A DNA stretch of 64,000 bases, from the NCBI GenBank assembly GCA_013265495.1, contig MU058824.1, positions 3,685,111 through 3,749,110 of the forward strand. Reading direction: 5' to 3'. The notes under the pieces were generated by a model that had not been told where the DNA came from, did not search any database, and worked only from the letters and a program-made list of their open reading frames with translations. Source of the stretch: Vicugna vicugna (lineage: Eukaryota). Of this stretch, positions 51,236 to 63,640 are shown in pieces (the stretch's first letter is position 1; every line of letters starts with the position of its first letter). A program made the translations under genes and the position numbers.

Positions 51236-54138
51236 GTTGAGCCCTGATCCCCAGCAAGACTTGGGACGTGATCTAGTCTGTGGTCTGGGGCTAAGGGAGA
51301 ATGATGTGTTGGTCTTGGAAGCTTCCAGGACTGGGAAGACTGGGAGACTCAAGAAGCAACCAGAGGGCCCGTTCTCTCCTCTGCCCTGCATCACCGAGAC
51401 TGGATATGGTTGGGCAGAGAGGTGGGCAGAAGTGCCCTCACTCACATCAGCAAGCTGCCTGAGAGGAGTATAGTGTGGTGCTTCCTACTGCCCTTTGCCA
51501 TCCTCCCTCTGGATCTCCCAGCATCTTTTCACTGGCTTCAAGGGGAGCTGAAGAGGCAGACATTGCCACTCCCTTTTTATAGAGGAGGAAAGCAAGGCCT
51601 CGGGGAGTTCCACGTTGGCAAAGCCACAGAGCTGGTGTGGCCTGGGGTGGGGAGGAGGGGAGAGAGCCCCTGAGGCCTCAGTTCCCTGGCATTGTCCGGC
51701 CACCTGCTGTCTCTCAGCCCCTCCAGAGAGATGCTTTGGAGGTGGAGCAGCCTGGGGCTGGACAGAACCTGAGGACGGTGTGAGGAGAGTTTCAAGCAGA
51801 AGGGCATGGTCAGCCGGTGGGATGCTGCCAAGAGTGTGGTGAGAACATAGGAACCAGCCACTGGGGAAACGCAGAGAGTGCTGGGTGCACCGGGGGTCTG
51901 GCCTACTGAGGCTGCAGACCGTGGCACCGTTATTCTCGGCAGCCTGAGGGAAGGGCCATGGGGCAAGAGAGTCAATAGAGGGCCAAGAGGAAGATGGCAG
52001 AGGGTCCTCATCCTCATTTTTCAGATGAGGTGACTGAGGCTCTGCAGGGTGGAGCTGCTTGCTTAGCCCTGGTTCAAAGTCATCTCGCATTCAGACTTGG
52101 GTTTTACCCTGTGGGCATTTCCTGGTGCCATGCTCCTGCCCAGGCCTCAGGGCAGGGGTGGCTGGTGGCAGAGTTCCGTCACAGAGGACCTGCCCTCTAG
52201 ACCTCAGGCCAGTGGGCAAGACTGGCAAGCCCACAGCCCCTCTGATGGCCAGTGTGTGGGGTGATGTGGGGTGATGCTGGGATGGGAGGATGACACCAGA
52301 GCTGGAGGGCAGGGCAGGGAGGGGCTGACATTGACCAAAAAGATCTGGGAAGGGTCCTCATAGGAAGTTGCACATTATCAAGGAAAAAAATACTTTACAA
52401 GGCTTATTTTTAAACTTGAATTAAAATCAAATTAAATTAAAAATTTAGTTCCTCTGTTGCACATTTCAAGGGCTCAAAAGCCATATGTGCCCAGTGCCTA
52501 CAGTATTGGATAACATGGCTTGAATACAAGTGCTTGGCACATAGTAGGTGCTCAATAAATGCTCCTTGGTGGAATAGATTGGTCACATGCCTGTAGAAGA
52601 TTCAAAATTAGTGAGGATGGTGGGGAGGCGGGGTGGGGGATCTCTAGTCTCCTCAACCAGGAGTGTTTCTGTTGGTATTTCTGGCTTCCATGGAAAGCTC
52701 TATTTGAGTAGAACTCTGCAACAAAAACAAACAAGTTAGGACACTGTCAAATCAATGGATTGCCAAGGGCCTTTTTAGGCTAGAAATTCTAGGATTCTCC
52801 CCCCAACATTTGCATCCAAGACCAGCCACTGTGTCCAAATCTCAGATGAACGGTTCTGTGGCTGAGGCAGCATATAAGGTCCCTGGGGCCTCTGAGGGCA
52901 GAGATGGAGCTGATTAAAGGAAACTACAGGGAGGCAGATCACAGCTCAGTGCAAGGAACAGCTTTTAGACAACAGCCAGGCTGGGCCAAGGTTAGAAGTG
53001 TCAGCTTGGAAAGGTGGTGAGCTCCCTGTCTTTGGAGGTATGAGCAGGAACTGGACAAACGAGGGGCAGAGGAGCCAAAGCAGGCATTCTGGTTTGGACT
53101 CAGTGACTTCTGAGGTCTGTTACAATCTAGGTGTCAAGTGCTTCTGTCACTTCCTTGCATCTGGAAGTGGTTCTGCCTCCTTGTTTTCCCTCCTGCTATC
53201 TGACTCTGAGTGCACCATCCACGTGGACTTGGCTGGACGGGGCCACATCACCTGTGTTTCTATCCCCAGCCTGGCCCTTTGGTGTCGGACTGGTGCACAA
53301 AGTTGCTCGGAGGCTTGTGGATGGCTGAGAGTCAGGCCAGGGTCTACCCAGGTGTGAGACAAAGCTTCGTCTCTTGGTTGAACTGTGCTGAGAGCTTTTG
53401 TGGAGAAAGTTGGGGCCTGGGCCTAAGGAATCCTGCTGGGCTGCAGGGACAGAGCCCGAGGCAGTGCCTCCCTCCCCGGAAGGCCCAGAGGCGGTGGTGG
53501 CGGGGCTGGACTTGGCAGAGCAGGCAGAGCCTTGAATAGCGGCCATGGGTGAAAGGGCAGCCCCAGACCCTCTGTTCCTTCCTGGGCCTTTGATCTCTGA
53601 TGGGGCCTCCTTCCGCCGTCTCCAGGGCCACCATTCAGGTCCCCTCGACCTCCCCCTCCTCTCATTCCCCCAGTTTGAAAGGCCCTCAACAGACGGAGGT
53701 CAGCCGAGTGCGAATCCCTTTCACTAGCTCAGAAAGCCAGCCAGTCCAGCACCAGTGTGGACTGTGGGGGCCAGAAGCTTCTTTTTGGGCGGTGGAGGAC
53801 ACATTGCAGGTGGAATTTCTGGGTCCTGGACTGCCCTCTGCCTGAAGAGGGCCCAGGAAGGGCAGCCAAAACCCGGAGGTGGCCTGTCCTTTTCAAAGGA
53901 TGCCAAGTCCAGCAAGACCCTCCCTCACGGGGAGGTTTGGGGGTATTTAGGGGATCTGTCATGACTATGTCCATCCCGCTTTCTGGGGGCGCCTGTCTCC
54001 TCTCTGCCTTTGTCTCTCCTTGTGTCTGTTGTTTGAGGGTGCATCTCTTCCAGTGCTGTCTGCCTCTGTTTGTGTCCTGTTTACTGAGACTTCCTCTTGT
54101 GTCTGCTTCTGTCTTTTGATCCAGCTCTCACTCTTTTT

Positions 54139-54143
<5 letters not shown>

Positions 54144-54176
<33 letters not shown>

Positions 54177-54265
54177 CTCTTGCTCTCTCGCTCTCTCATG
54201 AGCACACATACACACTCACTCACACACACACACACAACACACACACACACACTCACCCACTCACC
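54144..54265. repeat. Compound (TC)n-(CA)n microsatellite
   Basis: Read directly. Confidence 0.95.
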
Positions 54266-55960
54266 CTCTTCCTTTTTGTATTTGCTCTTGCTTTTTCTCT
54301 TACCAGCTGCCCTCTCCCCTTCTCCCAGGCTGGGAGCCCCAGCTCAGCCCTGCCCTGCAGACATCCCTGGAGGCCATCTTAGGGGAGGGAAGGGGTTTCA
54401 GAAGCTCATAGACCACACAGGTCCCCAGGGCTCCTCTGACCTTGGGCAGACCCTGGCTTTCCTCTCTTAGGACCCTCTTCCTTTACTGGACACTCAGACC
54501 CTATCTACTGCTCCTGGGCTTGGGACAGAAGGCAGGAGGCTGCAGCAGAGTTCCCAACAGGGAATGGGATTCATGGAAAAGCTCAGGATTCCTGAGTCAG
54601 GAGTTGTAGACAGCCCTTGTGGCACCAACATTCCACAGATCTCTGGAGGCCCCCAAATAAGGTGAGGTGTTGAGGCAAGGACCCAGGCTCACAGGCCAGG
54701 GTCCAACTGATTTGAGACTGTGTGGTGAAAACTTTGGCAAATTACTTAATCTCTGTGAACCTCCATTTTGCTATGTGGAAAATAGAGGGGGCCTAAGTTG
54801 TGCATTATTGGGGAGGATAAAATAAAGCCATTCTGGCAAACGGTTTCGCCCCAGGGCCTGGTGGGTAGTAAATGGCCGCTGAGGGAGATCGCGGCTGGGC
54901 TGGAGGGTGTGAGGCGAGTCACAGGCTGCGGGCAAGCAGGCTCCAGCCGCAGTTCTGTTTGGCAGCTGAAAGCGGCTCCTCTGCCCCCCCACGACTTCCT
55001 GTTTGTTAACAGTCAGCCACTGTGGGCACCAAGACTGAACAACAGCGCCCCCAGGCGTCAGCTGCACAGCGAAGGGCCACTGGCTTTCCTTTGCTTCCTT
55101 TTCTTCAGGACCTTCAGCCCCCTTGATGGACGAATAAAAGGGTTAAGCCACAGTTTTCCGCAAAATGAGGCCCTGGATACACAAGGCAGTGGAGCCCTGG
55201 GAGGATTTGGGGTCACCAGCTTGGATGTCACCAGCCCCTGGTGGAGCTGGAAGGGCCTTGGAGAGCATCTGGGATGTGTCACCCTTGTCATTATTTAGAG
55301 GAGAAAACAGGTCTGGAGAAGAGAAGGGATCGGACTAGGTCACATAATAAAACCCCAGAAAACCTAGAGGGACAGAATGGGCTCAGAACATCCTTGGTAT
55401 CCCACTGCCATTTGACGTGGCAAATCCTAGTTTCTTCTCTCCCCTCCTTTCCTCCGTTCTCGGCCCATCTGCTGCTTCCACTGTTGAAAGCCACCAGCAA
55501 CCCTGACCCAGCCCCATCAGCCTATCACCCCAGGGTCTCAACTCTTGACTGTGAGCCCTGACCTCCCCTCCTTGGCCGCCTGTTTCCCCTCCCTATCCCT
55601 TCCGTGCGTCTAGTCCCTGCACATTCTCTGAGCTCTTCTGTCTCTTACCAGGCAAGGCCTTCCACGTGGAATGCCATCATTGAGGCTGGTCTGTCAGCCT
55701 GGCCTGGTTTCCAGAGCTGGTCTACTCCCCAGGGGAATTTTCAGTGTTGGGCCATTGGTCCTTCACAACTGGCTGAGGCCCTTGGATTCATCCAGGGCCA
55801 GCATGGAGCTTTGGAGACCATACAGGCTGTGTAGAGAGATAAGGAAATGACCATCACTTTGTCTTGATCTCTCCTGGGGCTTCAGCAGGGCAGGTCCCCT
55901 CCCTGCCCTTCCACGAGGTGTTTCCTGGATGCCATGCAGGTCCCTTCCCTGAGTTCTCTT

Positions 55961-56147
55961 TTTGTATGAGCAGGGACCAGGACCAACGTGCTTGCTGGGA
56001 GGGCATCACTGAGAACCCAGTTGCCAGCCTGCCAGTCATGCTTTACTCGCCTTGTCCTGTATTTAACATGCTTTTGAGTTAGTCACCAACATTTAAAAAT
56101 AAGGAGATTTCACATAAGGCTTTTCTTGGGAAAAAATCAAATTGGGA
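55961..56147 (+). repeat. Inverted duplication arm 1; its right part overlaps a MER102-like hAT relic (~56075-56235)
   Basis: Reverse complement of 58220-58268 plus 58595-58712; 71/74 and 41/44 identities in two blocks. Confidence 0.9.
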
Positions 56148-57537
56148 CACTGGGTGGGCTTTCCTACACAGCAACAATCGTGTAGGGCTGCTGGGCCAGT
56201 GGTCCTTAGACTGCCCTCTGCTCACCTTGCTCACGGCGTTTATGCTCTATTTCTCTCTACCCTTAAGGCTTTGAGCTTCCAGAGTCCTAGTGTGGACTCT
56301 GAGAAACAAGTCTGGTTGAGTCTGGTCTGTGGCAGCTGAAGCCTGCAGGAGGCCGGGCCCTGCCTGACCAGGCTGGATGGGGCTGTGTGTATGTGTGTGT
56401 TTATGTGTGTGTGTGCATGCCTGCACACATGTGTGGTCAGGGAAGGGGGCAGTCAAGCTCTCAGGCAGGAGGTGGGTGACGTAGGGGAGGTAGGAGGGCA
56501 GGGCCAAGGAGCCTCACTCGTAGGCAGCCCTGATGAAGAGTGAGATTGGGTTCATTCAGTCCACCCCTTGTGGACAGGGTAGTCCAGGCACAGGGGGCAC
56601 TTAGCAGCAGTGATGCTAGGGACCTGGTTTTCCCAGCCTGGCTAGCCACTTTCCTGTCCTTCCGGCTTTGCAGTCAGCGGCACCTCAGCTGAGCCCAAGG
56701 CAGACAAGTGTCAGAGGCTTACTTGGTAAAGTAGGGGACTTGAGGCCAGGTGGTCAATCAGAGGGGCTCCTTGGGCCTTTCCCTGGTGCCGAGGGTCTGT
56801 CCCTTGGGTGGGGGGGTCAGGTTTCGGTTCCTCCTGGTTCCTGGGTCCCTGAGTTTCACTTTGATTCAGTGAGTAAGAGCCAACACCACTAAACACCCTT
56901 CCCCCACCCCTGCCTGTTTGCACACCTGCTTGGCCCAGGCCCCCTCTCCTCTCCCCGCACCAGGTTTTCCCACGGGGCTGTGCACTGGTGTCCGGGAGAG
57001 CCCTGGGGGATGTAAAGGGCTGGGGTGGGGGTGGTGATGGCGGAGAGTGTGAGTCGGCTCTGGAGTCAAGCAGAATGAGAGTTGTGGGATTAGCAGCTGA
57101 GCGGACAGCAGAGGAGACAGTCACATCCATGGTGGCAGGCCCCCGCCGGGGCCGTCTGGAGCTCAAGGTGGAGTGGACTTGGCTTTCTTCCCCACCCCAA
57201 ATGCATGCTGCCCTGTGGGGCAGAGCATCTCATGGTTCTTCCTCTCTGGCTTTGGACCGTAGTTAATCCTTGACTGCAAACTGCAGTTCACGGACTTCAC
57301 AGCACCCCAACTACCAGAGGCTCCTGAGGCAGGAGCCAGGGAGGAGGGAACCTGGGCTCTGGATTCCAGTCCTCACTCTGGCTGACTTGCTGGTGACCTT
57401 CGGGAAGTCCCTTCCTCTCTCTGGACCTGTTTCCTCATCTAAAACATGGGATCAAGGAGTTCCTAAGTTTCTCTTTGGTACCAAGATTCCGAGCTTCTCA
57501 TGGTCCTATCTCAAGTCATCTTGGCATTATTTTAGAC

Positions 57538-58004
57538 AAGTGGTTCTCAAACTGTCAGTCTTGGAAACTCTTTAAACTCTTAAAAATGATCAAAGATCCC
57601 AAGGAGCTTTTGAATTTACGTAGGTTAATTCACATGGACAAAATTTTATAATATTTGTTAATTAACTAAAAATAGCAGTAATAAGTACCATAAATAATAT
57701 GTTGTTTGAAATAAGAAATGTATTTTTCAAATCAAAAGACTAAGAGTGACATTGCTTTATGATTTTGCAAATCTCTAGTGTCTGGCTTAATAGAAGACAG
57801 CTGGAGTCACATAGCTGCTTCTGTATCCAATCTGTTGTGAGATCACATATCCTAAAGCCCCTGGAATACTTGAGAAAGAGTCATAGTGAGGAAGGCCAGT
57901 AACATCTCTGCATTATTATGAAAATAGCTTTGACCTCACAGACCCTTTGACAGTGTCTTGGGGACCGCTCAAGGGGTCTGTGGACTAGGCTTTGAGAATA
58001 TCTG
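57538..58004. mobile_element. hAT-Charlie DNA transposon relic (Charlie4a-like)
   Basis: Ends agtggttctcaaa...tttgagaatatctg; internal ggcttaatagaagacagctgga and attattatgaaaatagctttgacctc. Confidence 0.65.
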
Positions 58005-58219
58005 CTTCAGGCTGCTGCAAACTCTGAGCTTGCTTATAACTCATACAGAGAGGGACTCCAGTTAAGTGGTTTTAATTGAAAAAAAGGTGTCATCAATTTC
58101 TCCTGTTTTTTTTTTCTCCTGAGGGCAGTGAGAGCCATGAAAGGCCTTTGAGCTGGAGAGGGAGTGACAAGACACACTGGGCTTTTGAAATCCTCCTTCC
58201 AAATTCTTCCCAAGAAAAT

Positions 58220-58712
58220 TCCCAATTTCTTCCCAAGAAAAGCCATATGTAAAATCTCTTTATTTTTATTTATTTCCTTTTTTAAAATTGAAGTATAGTC
58301 AGTTTACAATTGTGTCAGTTTCTGGTGTATAGCACAATGCTTCAGATACACATGAATATACATATATTTGTTTTCATATTGTTTTTCACCATAAGCTACT
58401 ACAAGATATCGAATATAGTTCCCTGTGCTATACCCTATACTTTGTTTATCTATTTTATATATACCAGTCAGTATCTGCAGATCTCGAACTCCTAATTTAT
58501 CTCTTCCCACCCTATTCCCCCCTTGTAACCTTAAGTTTGTTTTCTATGTCTATGAGTCTATTTCTGTTTTATATACAAGTTCATTTGTCTTTTTTCCTCA
58601 TTTTTAACTGTTGGTAACTAACTCAAAAGCATGTTAAATGGCAGGCTGGCAATTGGGTTCTCAGTGATGACCTCCCAGCAAGCATGTTGGTCCTGGTCCC
58701 TGCTCATACAAA
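58220..58712 (-). repeat. Inverted duplication arm 2, interrupted by the L1 fragment
   Basis: Matches arm 1 on both sides of the L1 and lacks arm 1 positions 56035-56061. Confidence 0.9.
58269..58594 (-). mobile_element. 5'-truncated L1 3' end, antisense, with degenerate ~12-bp TSD
   Basis: T-rich tail then aattgaagtatagtcagtttacaat...gtttctggtgtatagcac...gaatatagttccctgtgctata...aagtttgttttctatgtctatgagtctatttctg; flanked by TCTTTATTTTTA (58257-58268) and TCCTCATTTTTA (58595-58606). Confidence 0.85.
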
Positions 58713-58790
58713 GCAGATTGGGGCATGCAGGGCTTCTTGGTTCTCTCCTAAGCTTGAGCTCCCACAGAAAGGCACAGCTACGGAGGCTCC

Positions 58791-59233
58791 TTTCACTTCC
58801 AGCAGAATACCTGTGGAGTTTTAGGTCTGATCTCCCTCCAGTCGGCTTCCTTCAGGGCCAATAGCAGCTACCTAGAGCTCCCTAGGAGCCTGGGGAGTGG
58901 GTGTTTAGGGACCCAGGCATGTCTCCTCATCTCAGCTCAGCTCTCAGTCACCTGCAGACTTATAAGACCCCCACCCTGGGCATAGCATTGGTGGGAAAAC
59001 CCACAGAAAATATTATTGATTAGGAATGAAACCAAATAAAATGAAATGAAGTATTTATCTTGACTCCTGGCCTTTGAGGAAAAGCAGGTGTGAAAGGCAA
59101 TTGAGAAAAGGGAGATTTTTGTTCTGATTCCATAGGGGCTTCTGAGTGTCTCCAGAATGCTCATGGCTGGTCACCTTTGTGTGTGTGTGTGTGTGTGTGT
59201 AATTTTACTTTGAAATTTCCAGTTTTCATTTTC
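58791..59233. promoter_or_regulatory. Candidate intron 5 B-cell enhancer (EICE, kB-like, ISRE-like and E-box motifs)
   Basis: TTTCACTTCC 58791-58800, GGGAAAACCC 58993-59002, CAGGTG 59085-59090, TTTCATTTTC 59224-59233. Motif-based only. Confidence 0.45.
59178..59200. repeat. (TG)11 microsatellite
   Basis: Read directly. Confidence 0.95.
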
Positions 59234-59739
59234 AGTGGTACAAGTTATCATTTGCATTAGTCCTTCCTTGAATAAATGGACTAAAATGGAGGAGAGGAAG
59301 AAAAAGAGAATGTCCTAAGGTCATTTAGGAAGAATTGAGAAAAGGAGGGTAAAAGATGCTAGAGGAGATATGCTTGTAGTTAAATGAACTGAGCTATGAG
59401 AGGAACAGAGAAAGGCATGACCCCTTGAGAGACTAGAAAGGATGATGGAAAGCAACCAGGGGGCCAGGCACTTCCTAGCACCAGCCACCAGGTGGCACCA
59501 TCGACCCAAGACAGCTTAGTTGCTGTCCAGGGTCAGGGAGGAGAGGGGTGACAGGGCAGTGTGCCCTGGCCATTTGTGAGCTTGGTATGCTTGTAACTTG
59601 GTGAGGGGCAGCTGTGCCCAGGTAGGCTGACCATTTGCCTGAGTCTCACTTCCCTGCCAGCATTTAGTCTGGGCCGTTGCTATTGGGGATCAATCCATCC
59701 TTCTTCACCTTCATGGTATAGGTGTCTTGATACAAACCC

Positions 59740-61140
59740 TTTTGGGAGTCAAGTCTTCAGTTCTGTTCTAAGCCTGGACTTGCTGGCTATGTGACCTTGG
59801 GCAAGTCACTTCTCTCTGAGTCTTGTTTTCCTGTTGTTAAAATGTGGAGATTTGTACAGATGATTTTAGGGATTCTTTGCAGTCTGACATTCTGTGGTGT
59901 GGTAGCGAGATCACTGGCATTGGATTTAGATTCAAAATCTTTCTCTGTTGGCTGTGTGACCTTAGCCAGCTCATTTTCCATCTGTGGAAATTAGAGTAGC
60001 ATCTCTCTCACAGTCTGCTATATAAAATAGCAGATTGGAAAATGCTTTGAAGTCTTTTTGGTGGTGTAGGAGAGGGAGGGGCTGCTCTTTATTATTTTTT
60101 CCTGGCAACTTAAATTAGCCAAAAGCAGGACTACCATCCTCACAGCTCAGAGAGTTGGTGCCTCTGCCTGTGACCACAGATTAAAGCCTCATGGCAGGTG
60201 TTTTTTCAAGGTCACTGCATCTCTGTCCTAGCTCTTCAAGAACCTGCTCATTTCTCTCGGTGCTCCTGTTTGGACTGTTGCTGTAGCCTCCTGGGAGTCC
60301 CCACCTCCAATGTCCCCAATGTCTCCAAACAGTCCACCTTGCACATAGCAGCCCCAGGGGCACTTTTGAAATACAGTTGCCAGAAGGGTCACCTGAGCAT
60401 ATGTTCCAGGTGTATATGGATCATAGCTTCAAATGGAACCCAACTCTAGTGGTGAGCACTTATTGAGTGTTTGCTGTATATCTTTTAAATTATTAACACA
60501 TTTAAGACTAACCACCACTATACCAGGTGAAGTCTCTTATCCTCATTTTAGACAGCTTCAGAGAGATCAAGGCCATTGCCCGAGGTCATACAGCTTCAGA
60601 GCGGCGGTATTGCGCCTGGACCCTGAGCAGCTGGGCCCCTTCGATAGCCTTACCTGCCACCCTGGTCTGCCTCTCCCAGAGTGTCACATAGGGTGGCATC
60701 AGTGGGAAGGCCCTCAACTCTCCCCTACAGGGGGCGTCAGTCCCACCTCTTGTTTCAGTTCTGCCATCCCCATCCCTGCCAGGCTGAGCTCAGGCACAGA
60801 GCCTGCTTCCTACTCAGGTTCTCATCCATTTGTGAAGCTTCCCCCAGCACTGCTGTGCACACATCCCTGTCACATCTTCAAGTTAGTCACCTTCAAGTGC
60901 AGTTGGCTGCTCACAGGTGGACTTCGCACCGCAGCAGGGTAGCACAGTGGGGGGACTGGAGTCCGGGCCCAGCCCTGCCATTTACTAGCTGTGCGAGCTT
61001 TGACAAGGGCCTGAACTTCTCTGAGCTTCAGTTTCCTCATCTGTCAAAAGGGGATAGTAATTTCTGCATTTCCTGGTGATTAAAAAAAAGAAGTTACCTA
61101 TACTACTTTGATCAGCACTGGCACATGGCACATTTTAAGA
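59740..61140. mobile_element. Cluster of MIR fragments (~59740-60050 +, ~60445-60670 -, ~60955-61140 +)
   Basis: Repeated MIR cores: gctatgtgaccttgggcaagtcact, tatcctcattttagac...aggtcatacagc, ctctgagcttcagtttcctcatctgt. Confidence 0.7.
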
Positions 61141-62979
61141 ATATCGTTAATTTTTTTTTCTATCATCTGAGCAGAGTTTTTACCCTGAATCCAGATTCCT
61201 CAAGAAGACTTCATTGAGAACTTTCTACATTCCCAGCTCTTCTGTTTTTCCTTTCTCTCTTTTGAAAATGATTCTTTTATTTATATTGCTAAGTCTAATG
61301 ATAGGATTATTCAGGCTAGGGTCAGAAGAAAAAGATATATGCACTAGAATTTATACTGGCAGAATTTTAGCTCCACGTTTCAGAAGCTAACAATTCAAGT
61401 TGTAGCTGAGGGCAGCTTGCAGAGGCAGGATGAGCCTGTCACGGGGTGGAGAGGTCTGGGTTCCTGGCTCCAGTTCAGCCACTATCTTGCCGTGTGATCT
61501 CAGCCAGGTCCCTGCCCTCTGGGTCATTGATTGGGATGCAGTGAGCCCGGACAACCCTTTTCAGCGCCGGATTCTGCCTCCTCCCTCCTCCCTGCTTCTT
61601 GCTGTTCCCCCTCCCTCCTCCTCCATCTTCTCTCTCTTCGTTTCCTTTCTGTCTGAGACACAAACGCCATCCAGCACTTTTGAATGGTACTTTTGTTCCG
61701 CTAACACCTCTGTTCTGAAAAGGACGATTGGTCAGGTTTGTATCTTTTAGACGCTGGCACATTTTATCAGTTAAGAACCTGCATACCTCTCTCCCAAGAC
61801 ATAGCCTTAAGGAGGCAGGCAGAAGCAGCAAAGGGGGAGGTTTACGGGAGACAGTGGAGCAAAACCCACCACATCTCTTTGGAGGCCTAATGTATGGTCC
61901 CTCTGGCAAATGCCTTCTTTCCTGAGAGCCTCCTTCCCTGCTTTTCCCATGACCCTAAGCATTTTCCAGCTTAACTCCATTTATGACTTGTGTCCCCCTC
62001 CATAGCTCCCGGCAGTATGGGGAGGGGGGATGAGCAGGGCCTGAGCCTGAGCCTGAATCATTTTTGCTCGAAGCCTCTTTGAGGTGGGGCTTGGACCATA
62101 GGATGGGGAATCACAGGGTTTGAGTGCTGGTGATCTTGGGCAAGTCATTGTGGGCCCAGGTTTTCTTACTGGAAAAGAGAAAGAACACCTTCCCCAAAGT
62201 CTTGTGCCAAGTCAGGAGGAGCCAAAATCTGTTAAGTTCTATGTAGGTATGAGAGTGTCCTCATAGTTCATTTCAAGTGCCTGCTCTGTGACCTTGGACA
62301 AATTCTTTAACTTCTCCAAGGGTCAGTTTACCCATCCGTCAAATAGGGACTGTAATCTTCAGGTGATACAGTTACTGTGAGAATTTCATATGGATGTAAA
62401 ATACCTGGCGCAGTTCTTGGCAGTGGCAGGTGTCCAGGTCTGGGTTAGTGCCCTGTCCCTTTCCCTTTCTTATTTCTTCACAGTGAGTACAGCATACAGT
62501 AATGAAGCCACAGGCTTCTGAAGTTCCGCTGCCCATTCTGGAACCCAGTGGGCCACGCCTTGGCTGAGAGACCTGGGGCCACTTCCTTAACCTTTGCCTC
62601 AATTCTCTTGCCTGTAAAAGGGTAGTGCCACCTACGTCAGAGGGCTGTTGGGAAGATCAGAGTCTGCAGAGTCGGCCCCCAGTGAATGCGATTCTCTAGA
62701 CCTTGATCCCTTGGCACACCCAGACCCAGGCCCCCAGCAGCCATTGCCTTCAAGCCCCCTTGGCAGAAGAAAGACAGGCCTGAGCGAAGGGAAAGGGATT
62801 TGCTCAAGGTCGCGTCAGGAGTCACCTGGTAGGATCTTTGAGGAATTTTCAGGGACCCTGCCTTGCCATCCTTCGAATAAAGCCCCGCCAAGGGGCCGAG
62901 GGCCCAGGGGAGAGGGAGAGGCCAGCTCCTTCTCTTCCGCCCTGTTCTCTGGGCGCCACCTCGGCCCATAACGGAGGAC

Positions 62980-63640
62980 AGACGCCTTCCAGGAGGGCAT
63001 CGGGGTTTGCCAGCGCGGGGTGGCTGGAGAAAGACATCCAACCGCGTCAGAACATGGCGCAAAAAGCAGGCAGCGCGCGGCGCCCTCTGGAAGGAGGCGG
63101 CTCTCCCGCCCGGCCTCCGCCAAGCATTTGCAATTTAATTGACATTTGGCGGCAGGAAGCCAATCAGTATAAGTCAATTGACGTGCGGAGATAAAACTAA
63201 TCGGCGGCCGGCGCTCCCCGCGCCGGCGCCGCCTCGGCGGGGCCGCGGGCACAGCGTGGCGGCCGCGGCGCCGCGGGCCGGGCCCCGGCAGGTACCGGCG
63301 CTGGCGCGTGTCTCGGCCCGCGAGGGGGCGGCGGGCGGCCCGCTGATTGCCGCGCAGCCCACGGCGGCCGGGAGAGGCCCGTAATGAATGACTTTATTTG
63401 CCGGCGCCCTGCTGAGAACAATTGAGTTTGTTATGGTAACAACGGATGCCAGCTTTCCGGGCCCCGGGGAGCGCGGGCGCGGCGGCAGCCGGGAGCTGGG
63501 CAGCGGAGCAGATGATGCGCGCCGAGGTGAGGGGCGCCGGCGGCGGATCCCGGGCCACTGTCAGGAGCCCGAAGGACCGCTTGAGCCCCTGAGGCGGCGG
63601 AGGAGAGGCCGGGCTGCCCCGCCGCCTTGGACCGAGGAGC
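62980..63640. promoter_or_regulatory. Intron 5 CpG island with embedded AT-rich motif blocks; candidate enhancer
   Basis: Very CpG-rich, with TTAATTGACA, GCCAATCAG, GTCAATTGAC, AACAAT and ATGGTAAC motifs. Confidence 0.6.
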
